Positions 30,177 through 43,199 of a DNA stretch of 64,000 nucleotides are shown here, one piece after another (the stretch's first letter is position 1; each line of letters starts with the position of its first letter). A program made the translations under genes and the position numbers. The stretch spans positions 1 through 64,000 of the forward strand of contig DASSXV010000041.1 of assembly GCA_035703635.1 (NCBI GenBank), in the 5' to 3' direction. Origin of the DNA: Trueperaceae bacterium. Lineage in GTDB: Bacteria > Deinococcota > Deinococci > Deinococcales > Trueperaceae. Below the pieces are notes generated by a model. It saw only the letters and a list, made by a program, of their open reading frames with translations. It was not told the origin of the DNA and made no database searches.

Positions 30177-31882
30177 ATGACGGGTTCGGAAGTAGTGATG
30201 AAGATGCTCGAGCGGCACGGCGTGGAGGTGATCTTCGGCCACCCGGGCGGCGCGATCATGCCCATCTACGACGCGTTATACGACTCGCCAATCAAGCACG
30301 TGCTAGTTCGCCACGAGCAAGGCGGGGCGCACATGGCCGACGCTTACTACCGCGCTAGCGGCAAGACGGGGGTCTGTTTCGCGACCTCTGGGCCAGGCGC
30401 CACTAACCTCGTCACCGGCCTAGCAACGGCGATGATGGACTCTTCTGCCATAGTCGCCATCACCGGTAACGTGCCGAGCGGCCTCATCGGCACGGACGCG
30501 TTCCAGGAAGCCGACGTGTTCGGCATCACGGGGCCGGTCACCAAGCACAACTACCTCGTCAAGAACGTCGAGGACCTGCCGCGGGTGCTGTCCGAGGCCT
30601 TTCACATCGCGTCGACCGGCCGGCCGGGCCCCGTGCTCGTCGACGTCCCGAAGAACGTGCAGCTAGCCAAGTTCGAAGGCAGCCTCGATGTCGTCATCGA
30701 CCTGCCTGGCTACAAGCCGACCGTGGTCGGGCACGCTGGGCAGATTCACAGGGCGGCCGAGGCCATCCGCGCCGCGAAGCGCCCTGTCCTCATCGTCGGT
30801 GGCGGCGCCCAGGTCGCAACGCGCGAGGTCGGCGAGCTCGTAGAGCGCACCGGCATCCCCGTCATCACGACCCTCATGGGGATCGGCGCCTACCCGCCAG
30901 CCGCGGAGGAGACCCTCGGCATGCCTGGCATGCACGGCACTGTGACGGCGAACAAGGCCATCAGCAACTGCGACCTGATCATCGCGGCAGGCATGCGCTT
31001 CGATGACCGCGTGACGGGCAAGATCAGCCGCTTCGCCCCCAAAGCCACCATCGTGCACATCGACATCGACCCCGCCGAGATCAGCAAGCTCGTGAAGGCG
31101 CACGTCCCCGTCGTCGGCGACCTCCGCGACGTGCTGCCGCGCCTCACCCAGGAACTCGGCAACCTCGACATCCAAGCGTGGCGCGAGACGCTGAGCGGCT
31201 GGAAGGCCACCTACCCAGAGCGTTACCAGGTCGACAAGCCGCTCGTTTCGCAGGAGATCCTCGCCCTGCTCCGCGAAGCGACGGCGAACGACTGCATCGT
31301 CGCGACGGAGGTCGGCCAGCACCAGATGTTCGCCGCGCGCCTCCTTCCCACCATCAAGGCGCGCTCGTTCATTACGTCTGGCGGTCTCGGCACCATGGGG
31401 TTCGGCTTGCCAGCTGCCATCGGCGCCAGCATCGCGCGGCCAGGCGAGACCGTCGTGCTGGTAGCGGGCGACGGCAGCATCCAGATGAACATCCAGGAGC
31501 TCGCCACGCTCTACAAGCAGAACCTCCCCGTCATCATCGCCATCCTCAACAACGGCATGCTCGGCATGGTGAGGCAATGGCAGGAACTCTTCCACGCGCA
31601 GCGCTACAGCGAGGTCTACCTCGCCGACTCGAATCCTGACTTCGCGAAGCTGGCGGAGGCCTACGGCATCGAGGGGCACAACATCTTCGACCGCGAGACG
31701 GCGCGCACGGCCATCGCCGACGCCGTCGCTGCCAAGAAACCCGTGCTGCTCAACTTCTTCGTTTACGAGGCGGAGAAGGTGTTCCCGATGGTGCCGACCG
31801 GCGCCGGCGTTGACGAGATGATCCTCGGCGATCAGGAGCCGGACGACGAGCGGACCGAGCAGGTCGTCGAGGCGGTCACGCG

Positions 31883-31886
<4 letters not shown>
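30177..31886 (+). CDS. ilvB: Acetolactate synthase large subunit
   Basis: FGHPGGAIMP, VRHEQG, TSGPGATN, GTDAFQE, RFDDRVTG, GDGSIQMNIQEL...NN, GMVRQWQ. Confidence 0.97.
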
Positions 31887-33458
<1,572 letters not shown>

Positions 33459-33492
33459 TTCGCTTCAAGTAGAAGCGGGGAAGGGCAGAGGC

Positions 33493-35045
<1,553 letters not shown>

Positions 35046-35049
<4 letters not shown>

Positions 35050-36686
35050 ACCCGGATGACAGCCGCCCACGCGCGGTCGAGATCTACGACACGACCTTGC
35101 GCGACGGCACGCAGGGTCAGGACGTTCACTTCACTAGCGACGACAAGGTGGCCATAGCGCGGCGCCTTGACGCGTTCGGCATCGAGTTCATCGAGGGCGG
35201 CTGGCCCGGCTCCAACCCTAAGGACGCGCGCTTCTTCGAGGCCATGCGCGGCGTGCAGTTGACCAACGCCAAGCTGACGGCGTTCGGCAGCACCCGCCAC
35301 AAGGACAGCGCCCCTGAAGACGACGCCAACTTGCGGGCCCTCCTAGACGCCTCCACCGAGATCGTGGCGATCTTCGGCAAGTCTTGGACGTTCCACGTCC
35401 AGCACGCGCTCGGCGCCACGCTAGACGCCAACCTCGAGATGATCCGCTCGTCGGTCGAGTTCCTGCGTGCGCAGGGGAGGCGGGTGTTCTACCTCGCCGA
35501 GCACTACTTCGACGGGCATCAAGCGGACTCCGGCTACGCCCTCGCCACCCTGAACGCTGCCCTCGCCGGAGGAGCAGAACGGCTGGTGCTGTGCGACACC
35601 AACGGCGGCACGCTGCCGGACGCCATCGCCGCTCGCACGCGCGAGGTCGTGGCCATGAGCCCCGTCCTGGTGGGCATTCACGCGCACAACGACTGCGAGC
35701 TGGCCGTGGCCAACAGCCTCGCGGCCGTGCAGGCTGGCGCTCAGCACGTCCAGGGCACCATCAACGGCTACGGCGAACGCAGCGGCAACGCTAACCTCGT
35801 CAGCATCGTCGCCAACCTCGCGCTAAAGCTTGGACGCCCGCAGCCACAGCGCCTGCCCGAACTCAAGGCCCTCTCGAGTTACGTCGACGAGCGCGCCAAC
35901 CTCGCGCCTAACGTTCGCGCCGCGTACGTTGGCGACGGCGCCTTCGCCCACAAGGGCGGCATTCACGTGTCGGCCGTGAACAAGTTGCCTGAGACTTACG
36001 AGCACGTGCCGCCCGAAAGCGTTGGCAATCGCAGGCGGGTGCTCGTCTCCGACCTCGCTGGGCGCGCCAACGTGGTGGCCAAGCTAGCCGAGTGGGCGGC
36101 TGGGTCCAGCATCACGGCGGACGGCGTCCCTGGCGCCGACGTTGACACCCGCGAGGTCGTAGCTCACATCAAGGAGCTCGAGGCGCGCGGGTACGCCTTC
36201 GAGGGCGCGGAGGCCAGCTTCCAGCTCCTCACGCGCAAGGTGCAGGGCGGCTTCGAGCCGTACTTCCACGTCAACGGCTTCACCGTCATGATCGACAAGA
36301 CCGTTGGCGCGCCGCGCTGCGAGGCCACGGTGCGCTTGCTGGTCGGGGACCACGAGGAGCACAGCGCAGCCTCGGGCGACGGCCCCGTCAACGCGCTCGA
36401 CCGGGCGCTGCTCAAGGCGCTTGGTTCGTTCTACCCGACGCTCCTGACCCTCGCCCTGCGCGATTACAAGGTGAGGGTGCTCTCCGGACCGGACACCGGT
36501 ACCGCCAGCGTGGTGCGCGTGCAAGTCGAGATGGGTGACGGCGCGAGGACTTGGAGCACGGTCGGGGCCAGCACCAACATCATCGAGGCGTCGTACGAGG
36601 CCCTGATCGACGCTTACGAGTACAAGTTGGTCAGCGATGGGGTAGCGCCACTGCGCGCAGGCGAGGACCTGCCGGCGAGCGCTTAG
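35046..36686 (+). CDS. cimA: Citramalate synthase
   Basis: DTTLRDGTQ, EGGWPGSNPKD, AFGST, GKSW, LCDTNGG, AHKGGIH, GPVNALD. Confidence 0.9.
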
Positions 36687-38533
36687 CCGTACGCCGCCAC
36701 CGTGCCGTCGAGGGCCGCGACTATGACGCGGTCCCCGAGCGGCAGGGGCGACGCCTGGATGGCGGCGTTAGCGACCTTGTCCAGCAGCAGCACGCGGCCG
36801 CTGCGCGCGTCAAGGATTATGAGGTCGCCGCCTTCGGTAACGACGTAGAGTGCGCCCGCCGCCACGCATGGCGAGGCCGTCACGGGGGCGGGGAGAGGGC
36901 GCGTCCACACGTCGTCTCCGCTGCGCAGTGACAGGCAGTGCAACCGCTGACCCCACGAGACAACGTAGACGTACTGTTGCCACACGACCGGCGTGCTCCA
37001 CTGCTCGCCCTCGAGGTCGTAGCTCCACACGACCTCGCGCTTGGCGAGGTCGAACGCGTGGACCTCACCCTCCCTCACCGGTATGAGGAGGAGCCCGCCT
37101 GCCGCGGCCGGCGGGGTTGCTACGGCCCCAACCTCGACCTTGAACGCGGACGCGCCCGTGTTGCTGCGGATGGCGTGCAGCCACCCGTCGCGCGTCGGCA
37201 CGATGGCGAGGCCGCCGTGCAGCGTCGGGGCGGTGGCTGGCCGTGCGCCAAGGCTTAGGCGCCAGCGCTCCTCGCCGGCCGCCGACCACTGCGCCACGCC
37301 GTCATCCATGGCAACCACGAGTTCGGCGCCGTACTGGGCCGCGCCGACCACGTCGTCTTCGAGGCGCTCCCAGGCTAGTTCGCCGCGGGGCCAGTGGAGG
37401 GCGCGCATGGCGCCGTCGCGACTGGCTAGGTAGAGGGTGTCTCCAACGACGAGCGGTGCTTGGCTGGCCTCGTCACGTAGCGCGAAGGTGGCTTGGAGGC
37501 CGCCGTCCGCTGGCCTCACGACCGCGAGTGCGTCCGACCGCTGCCCCACGAGGAGGAAGCCGCCTGCCGACGAGAGGCCTGACGGGAACTGCGGGCCTTC
37601 GTCGAGCTCGAGCGTCCAGCGCCGCTCCAACGCCGGCGGGTTAGCCGGTCCCGTGGGGTAGGCGCCGGTGCGGCCTGGGCCGCCGTTGGCCTGCTGAGGG
37701 GCGCGCTGCAACTCCGAAGCCCTGATGGCGCGCAGCGTGTCTGCCACCGCCCAGCCGGACGTCGGGCGCTTGCTCGGGTCCTTCTCGAGGAGGGAGAGTA
37801 TCAAGCGTGCGAGTGGCGTCGGAACCTGCGGATTGAGCTCCTGCGGGTGGACGGGCGTGCCGTAGACGTGCTGGTAAAGGACGGCCTGGTCGTTGTCTGC
37901 GTCGAAGGCCGCGACGCCCGTGACCGTGCGGTAGAGGACGGCGCCGAAGGCGTAGAGATCGGTGGCCGCCCCCGTCGGCTCGCCCGTCGCCTGTTCGGGA
38001 GCCATGTACTGCGGGGTGCCGAGCGTGAAGCCAGTGCGCGTTAGCGCGCGCGAGCTCTCAGTCAGCTGCACCAACCCGAAGTCCATGACCTTGGGGGTGC
38101 CCTGCGGGGTGACGAGGATGTTGCGCGGGGTGAGGTCGCGGTGCACCATGCCAAGGCGGTGGACGTAGCCGAGCGCCTCCGCCACCGTGATCGCGGCTCC
38201 TAGCAGGCGGTCGCTCTGTTCCGGGTCGCCCTCGTACGGGCCAAGGTCCGTGATCGGGCCGCCCTCGATGAGTTCCATCGCAAAGTAGACGTGCTTGCCG
38301 AGGCCGAGGTCGTAGATGGTGACGATGCCTGGATGATTGAGGCGGGCTAGCGCGCGAATCTCGCGCCTGAACCTCTCGCTGTCCGCCTCCGTCAGGTGGG
38401 GCCTCAGGGCCTTGAGGGCGACGGTGCGCTCCAAGTGGTTATCCCGAGCGCGGAACACGTGCGCCATGCCGCCGACCCCGAGCGGACCTAGGACTTCGTA
38501 ACGGTCGTCGACCTTATCGCCGGCCTCGAACAT
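36683..38533 (-). CDS. Hanks-type Ser/Thr kinase with C-terminal PQQ-like beta-propeller (RqkA-like)
   Basis: GVGGMA, VALK, HRDLTPRN, DFG, GTPQYMAPE; C-terminal Trp-containing propeller repeats; no TM segment. Confidence 0.9.
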   Translation of the reverse strand: MFEAGDKVDDRYEVLGPLGVGGMAHVFRARDNHLERTVALKALRPHLTEADSERFRREIRALARLNHPGIVTIYDLGLGKHVYFAMELIEGGPITDLGPYEGDPEQSDRLLGAAITVAEALGYVHRLGMVHRDLTPRNILVTPQGTPKVMDFGLVQLTESSRALTRTGFTLGTPQYMAPEQATGEPTGAATDLYAFGAVLYRTVTGVAAFDADNDQAVLYQHVYGTPVHPQELNPQVPTPLARLILSLLEKDPSKRPTSGWAVADTLRAIRASELQRAPQQANGGPGRTGAYPTGPANPPALERRWTLELDEGPQFPSGLSSAGGFLLVGQRSDALAVVRPADGGLQATFALRDEASQAPLVVGDTLYLASRDGAMRALHWPRGELAWERLEDDVVGAAQYGAELVVAMDDGVAQWSAAGEERWRLSLGARPATAPTLHGGLAIVPTRDGWLHAIRSNTGASAFKVEVGAVATPPAAAGGLLLIPVREGEVHAFDLAKREVVWSYDLEGEQWSTPVVWQQYVYVVSWGQRLHCLSLRSGDDVWTRPLPAPVTASPCVAAGALYVVTEGGDLIILDARSGRVLLLDKVANAAIQASPLPLGDRVIVAALDGTVAAYG

Positions 38534-38550
38534 TCAGCCCGACCCGGCCC

Positions 38551-38760
38551 CTAGGCCTCGTCCAGTGCCTTAAGGATCTCGGGGTCGAGGTGGCCCTGCT
38601 CGACGGCGCGGTTGAGCATCTCGATACCCAGCCGCACGACCTCGGACTTCGAGACTAGCCGCTCCGGGTTCGAGAGTTGGTAGGCGGTCTTCGTGAGGAG
38701 CGAGTCCTGCTCCTCGGTGATGACGACCTGTAATCGCTTGCTCTTCTCGCGCTTAGCCAA
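38551..38760 (-). CDS. Small ribbon-helix-helix-like DNA-binding protein
   Basis: Basic N-terminus, KRLQVVIT strand, helix, SKSEVVRLGIE helix; TTG start behind GGAGG. Confidence 0.72.
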   Translation of the reverse strand: MAKREKSKRLQVVITEEQDSLLTKTAYQLSNPERLVSKSEVVRLGIEMLNRAVEQGHLDPEILKALDEA

Positions 38761-38840
38761 GGCCCTGTTCCTCCGGGTGTGGCGCCGCCTGAGGGATGGT
38801 GTCTCAGGAAAGTGTCATGCGCCACTTGCTCTATGCGCCA

Positions 38841-38849
38841 ACTATAGCA
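38841..38849 (-). promoter_or_regulatory. Extended -10 promoter for RHH-kinase operon
   Basis: Minus-strand TGCTATAGT. Confidence 0.6.
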
Positions 38850-38863
38850 GCATGAGCATGTCC

Positions 38864-38892
38864 TTGACGCTCGTGTTGTAACGGCTTAGACT
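38864..38892 (+). promoter_or_regulatory. Promoter for murA
   Basis: TTGACG, 17 nt, TAGACT. Confidence 0.7.
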
Positions 38893-39017
38893 GCAGTTGC
38901 GGTGCGTGTGTAAGTTGCACATCGTACTCTGGTTACGAGCGCTACTGCTGCACGCGGCGCTGGCAACCCGCAACCGCTACTTAGACTAACGCGCAGGCGC
39001 TTCGGGCGCTCGGGGAG

Positions 39018-40316
39018 ATGGCGATGGAGAACCACGACGTTTTGCTCGTACGAGGAGGCGCACCACTCAAGGGTGAACTGACCGCCTTCCGGGCCAAGAA
39101 CTCAGCCCTCTACCTGATGCTTGCCTCGCTCCTAACGGACGAACCCGTCGTGTTGCACGACGTGCCCAAGCTATCCGACGTACTCGTGAGCGAAGAGATC
39201 CTCCGCCACGTCGGCCTCAACACGCGGTGGGAAGGCCACGACCTACACCTGCATGCCGCCAACCTCCGCACCCACCACGCGCCGTACTCGCTAGTCAGCA
39301 AGATGCGCGCGTCTTTCGTGATCATGGGTGCGCTCCTGGCCCGCGCCGGCGAGGCGCGCGTGAGCATGCCAGGAGGTTGCGCTTTCGGACCGCGGCCGGT
39401 GGATCGCCACCTTGACGCCTTCCACGCGCTAGGAGCCGAGATCATCGAGGAAGACGGCGACTTCTACGCCAAGCGCAACGGCAAACTGCACGGCACCGTG
39501 ACCTTCGAGGCGCCAACGGTAGGCGGCACCCAGAACGTGCTGCTCGCCGCCGCGCTAGGCGCAGGCGAAGTCACCATCGAGAACGCCGCCAGGGAACCAG
39601 AAGTGCCAGACCTCGCCAACATGCTCAACTTGATGGGCGCGAACATCACGGGCGCCGGTACCGCTGTTATCACCATCACAGGCGTCGAGAGACTTCACGG
39701 CGTGCACTACCGCCCCATCGCCGACCGCATAGAGGCAGGCACGTTCCTGCTCGCGGCCGCCGCCACCAGGGGCAACGTCACCATCACGGACCTCGAGCCG
39801 GAGAACATGGGCGCCGTGCTCGACGCGCTCGAACTCACGGGTGTGAAGGTCGTACGCGGCGAGCGCAGCGTCAGCGTTGACGCCTCCGGCCCGCTGCGTC
39901 CCGTCGACATCGAGGCGCGCGTGTTCCCGGGCGTGCCAACGGACTTGCAGGCGCCGTTCTCCGCCTACTTGGCGACCTTGCCCGGCCTTAGCCACGTCCG
40001 TGACCACGTCTACCCTGACCGCTTCACCCACGTTGAGGAGCTGGCGCACGCCGGCGCCCGCATGACGCTCGACGATCAAGTCCTACAGATCCGCGGTGGA
40101 CCCCTCCGCGGAGCAGCGATGTACGCCGCCGACATCCGCGCTGGTGGAGCGCTAGTAGTGGCGGCGCTCGCGGCTGATGGCCTCAGCGAAGTCGGTGGCA
40201 TGCGCTACGTCGACCGTGGCTACGAGCAACTGGCGGAACGCCTCCGCAGCCTAGGTGCCCGCGTCGAGCGCGCCGTAACGCCCGCACTGCCAGCAACGGG
40301 CACGTACGGCAGCTAG
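39018..40316 (+). CDS. murA: UDP-N-acetylglucosamine 1-carboxyvinyltransferase
   Basis: AKNS, MRAS, PGGCAFGPRPVD (Cys type), NAAREPE, DRIEAGT, PTDLQA, DIRAG, DRGY. Confidence 0.96.
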   Translation: MAMENHDVLLVRGGAPLKGELTAFRAKNSALYLMLASLLTDEPVVLHDVPKLSDVLVSEEILRHVGLNTRWEGHDLHLHAANLRTHHAPYSLVSKMRASFVIMGALLARAGEARVSMPGGCAFGPRPVDRHLDAFHALGAEIIEEDGDFYAKRNGKLHGTVTFEAPTVGGTQNVLLAAALGAGEVTIENAAREPEVPDLANMLNLMGANITGAGTAVITITGVERLHGVHYRPIADRIEAGTFLLAAAATRGNVTITDLEPENMGAVLDALELTGVKVVRGERSVSVDASGPLRPVDIEARVFPGVPTDLQAPFSAYLATLPGLSHVRDHVYPDRFTHVEELAHAGARMTLDDQVLQIRGGPLRGAAMYAADIRAGGALVVAALAADGLSEVGGMRYVDRGYEQLAERLRSLGARVERAVTPALPATGTYGS

Positions 40317-40368
40317 CGCGCAGCGCGCAACCGTTCAGTTAACCGCCTAGTTTCGTGGGGGCGCCGGT

Positions 40369-41847
40369 CTAGTCGGCGCCCCTCTCCTCGTCTAACTCGG
40401 CGGGTTCATCCGGCGCGGGTGCGGGCAGTTGAGCCGGTTGCGGCGCCCCTTCCTGCTCGGGCGGCGCTGAGGGAGGCACTACCGCTGGCTCTGCCTTGCG
40501 TGAACGCGGGTGCCAGAAGCTCTCCTCATCGTCCTCGCTCAGGAGGTCCTCCACCGCGCGCGGGTCATCTAGGTCGAGCAGGAAACTGTCCTCTGCGCTG
40601 GTGTTGAAAGCGCGTGGTTCCTTCACGTGAGCCACGGGCTCAGTCGGCGGGGGTAGGGTAGGCGGTTCGACCGCGGCAGCGGCCTCGCGTTCCCCCGTGT
40701 CGAGGAGGAACTCGTCGCGGCCATCTACCAGCAGCGCCTGATCCGCGCCGCCAGCTACGTCCGCTGCCGCGACTTCGGCCGCCAGAACGTCGGCTGCCGT
40801 GGCGCGCGGGTCCAGCTGGTCGTCATCGTCATCGTCCTCCTCGCCCGCGCTAGCGGCAAGCAGCTCCTGCCCGGTGACCTTGCCGACCTCGCTCTCCGCT
40901 GCCTGCTCCTCGCCAACTCCAGGTTCGGCTGCGCCGTCCGCCGCTGGCGCGCCAAGCGGCAGCGGCCTCCTGACCCTGCCACGCAGCACCAAGCCGAAGA
41001 TGGCAACGAGCACACCGGCGAGCATGACCCAGAGCCACGGCACCGCGAGCACCGTCGAGGTGCGCGAGGTGCTCGGCAGCACGCTTGACTGCAGCGCGGC
41101 GCGTTGAGCGTCCGCGCTTGGCGCGATGAGGTCGATGACTGGGCTGACCTGCTTGCCGTCGCCAGCGAACGCCCACGGCGAAGGTGAGCTAGCCAACGGG
41201 CGCCAACCCGTCTGCGAGAACGGGTCGTACACACCGACCAGCGCCTGAACGGCGATGTCCTCTGGCAGGGTGAAAGGCAAGTAGACGACGAGGGTCTCCT
41301 CGATCGCGAGCACCTGGAGGGGCACGCGCGGGAGGCCTGCTATGGTGGGCGCCTCCGCGCCTTGCCCAGCCGGAGGGGGCTCCGGATACGCGACGTAGTA
41401 AGCGCCATCGCCCGAGATGCGAACGGCATACAACCAACCGCTCCCTTGCGGGAAAAGCAGATCGGGTCCGGGCAAGGTGGTATCGAAGCCACCGGCCACC
41501 TCGCCAAGGTAAACGTCAACGATGCTCGGCATGAACGCCGTCACGGGCCGCTCCGTCGCCGGCGGCTCGACACCCGCGGCCGCGTCATCGCCTAGCTCGG
41601 CGGAGGCCGGTGCGGCGTCGTCTGAGGCCTCCGCGTCACCAACCGCCACTTCGCCGAGCGCGCCGAGCGTGACCCCAAGGCGTGTGCCGTTGGGGGTCGC
41701 GTCTAAGGCTACGGACTGCAAGTCGAACACTGCCGCGTTCGCGTAGATGGGCGCGGTTGGCGGCGTGAGGCTGCCGTCGCCGAACGCATCACCGCTCGGA
41801 TCGCTGGTGCTTAGCGAGATGAGTGCGAGGATGACAGGCAGAATCAA
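40369..41847 (-). CDS. Membrane-anchored protein: glucodextranase-C/DOMON-like domain, TM helix, long acidic tail
   Basis: Short hydrophobic N-terminus, DPSGDAFGDG...PPT...FDL, YDPFSQTGWR, TM WLWVMLAGVLVAIFGLVL then RGRVRR; TTGA overlap with yvcK. Confidence 0.62.
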   Translation of the reverse strand: MILPVILALISLSTSDPSGDAFGDGSLTPPTAPIYANAAVFDLQSVALDATPNGTRLGVTLGALGEVAVGDAEASDDAAPASAELGDDAAAGVEPPATERPVTAFMPSIVDVYLGEVAGGFDTTLPGPDLLFPQGSGWLYAVRISGDGAYYVAYPEPPPAGQGAEAPTIAGLPRVPLQVLAIEETLVVYLPFTLPEDIAVQALVGVYDPFSQTGWRPLASSPSPWAFAGDGKQVSPVIDLIAPSADAQRAALQSSVLPSTSRTSTVLAVPWLWVMLAGVLVAIFGLVLRGRVRRPLPLGAPAADGAAEPGVGEEQAAESEVGKVTGQELLAASAGEEDDDDDDQLDPRATAADVLAAEVAAADVAGGADQALLVDGRDEFLLDTGEREAAAAVEPPTLPPPTEPVAHVKEPRAFNTSAEDSFLLDLDDPRAVEDLLSEDDEESFWHPRSRKAEPAVVPPSAPPEQEGAPQPAQLPAPAPDEPAELDEERGAD

Positions 41848-43199
41848 GCTGAAGCTCCTGGTTCGAGGTGCTGCGTGCGCCGCGGCCTAGGTTGGCGGGC
41901 GGAGCCGGTTGCGAGGTCAGCGAGCACGGCGGCGAGCTTGTCGCTATCGTGCTGCGCCACCGCGCCACTACCGAGCAGTGGCAACTCCATGACGATGATG
42001 CCGGCCTCTGTGAAACGCGGCTTGGCCCTTGCGACCAGGTCCGCCGCCTCGCCGCGGTAGTTCTCGAGGCGCGCCTTGTCGACCGGTGACGAGTTCCACA
42101 GGACGATGTCCGGGGCCCGCACGCCGTGGTCCTGGAGCGCGGCGACGTGGTCGTACGCGTCAAAACCGTCAGTCTCACCGGCCTCGGTCATGATGTTGCA
42201 CACGTAGACGAGCTTAGCCGGGCTGCGATTGACGGCTGCCACCACGCTAGGAACCAACAGTGGCGGGATGGTGCTCGAGAACAGACTGCCGGGCCCAAGG
42301 ACTATGAGGTCCGCCGCTAGGAGCGCCAACTCGACCTCCGGTAGTCCCTGCGGTGCGGCGGGCTCAGTCGCGAGCGCCTTGACGGCACCGGGAACGGAGC
42401 GCAGCGCCGCCTCGCCACGCACGATCTCCCCACCGACCTTCTCGACGACCAAGGTCACGGGTTCGGCCGTGGCGGGGTAGACCGCGCCAGACAAGTCGAG
42501 GAGGCGGTTCATGAGCCTCAAGGCGTTACCGAAGTCGCCCTCTACCTCCGCGACCGTCGTGATGAACAAGTTGCCGAAGGTGTGGCCGTCCAGCTCTCGC
42601 CCGCGGTTGAACCTGTACTGCAACAAACGCGTTAGTTCCGACTCGTTATCCGACAGCGCGGCGAGGCAGTCTGTTAGGTCACCCGGCGCAGGCATGTCGA
42701 ACGCTTGACGCAACCGCCCCGAGCTCCCGCCATCGTCGCTGACGGCGACCACCGCAGTCAGGTTAGTGGTGTGCTTGCGCAGACCACGCAGCAGGTTCGA
42801 GAGGCCGCTGCCGCCGCCGAGTGCGACGACGCGCGGCCCCTTGGCGAGCAGCACCCTGCGGTTGAGCAGGCGGGCCGCGTCATCGGGGTGCGGCAGCCAG
42901 TGGGAGAGCAACGAACGGTTGAGCCGGCCGATGGCGACTATGGCGACGCCGAGGCCAAGCAGGGCCACGGCGACGGAGATCCAGCCACCGAAGTTGTCCC
43001 ACGGGCTCGAACGCAGCATGGCTTCGATCGGTTCGGCTAGTTGGGCACGGCCCTCGTCGAAAGCCCACAGGCCCCACCCCACGGCCCCGAGCACGAGGAG
43101 GAGACCGCCGCTGGTGGCCAGCAACAGGTGCCGCTTGACGCCCATGCCGGGCGCCAACCACAACCGCATCCTGCCTAAGCCGGCCAAGCCGCCGTTCAT
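41844..43199 (-). CDS. yvcK: YvcK/GlmR family UDP-GlcNAc-binding protein with N-terminal TM extension
   Basis: GGGSGLS, VSDDGGSSGRLR, PGD, GHTFGN, GPGSLFSS, NIMTEAGET, HD. Confidence 0.9.
   Translation of the reverse strand: MNGGLAGLGRMRLWLAPGMGVKRHLLLATSGGLLLVLGAVGWGLWAFDEGRAQLAEPIEAMLRSSPWDNFGGWISVAVALLGLGVAIVAIGRLNRSLLSHWLPHPDDAARLLNRRVLLAKGPRVVALGGGSGLSNLLRGLRKHTTNLTAVVAVSDDGGSSGRLRQAFDMPAPGDLTDCLAALSDNESELTRLLQYRFNRGRELDGHTFGNLFITTVAEVEGDFGNALRLMNRLLDLSGAVYPATAEPVTLVVEKVGGEIVRGEAALRSVPGAVKALATEPAAPQGLPEVELALLAADLIVLGPGSLFSSTIPPLLVPSVVAAVNRSPAKLVYVCNIMTEAGETDGFDAYDHVAALQDHGVRAPDIVLWNSSPVDKARLENYRGEAADLVARAKPRFTEAGIIVMELPLLGSGAVAQHDSDKLAAVLADLATGSARQPRPRRTQHLEPGASA

Noticed and set aside
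30663..31679. Long antisense and alternate-frame ORFs (this one, 7128-7940, 19891-20802, 54322-55032 and many others)
   Set aside because: Expected shadow ORFs of GC-rich codon usage opposite well-conserved genes.
38907..38921. Canonical CRP site in the murA leader
   Set aside because: TGTGT-N5-GCACA has the wrong spacing and mismatches versus TGTGA-N6-TCACA.
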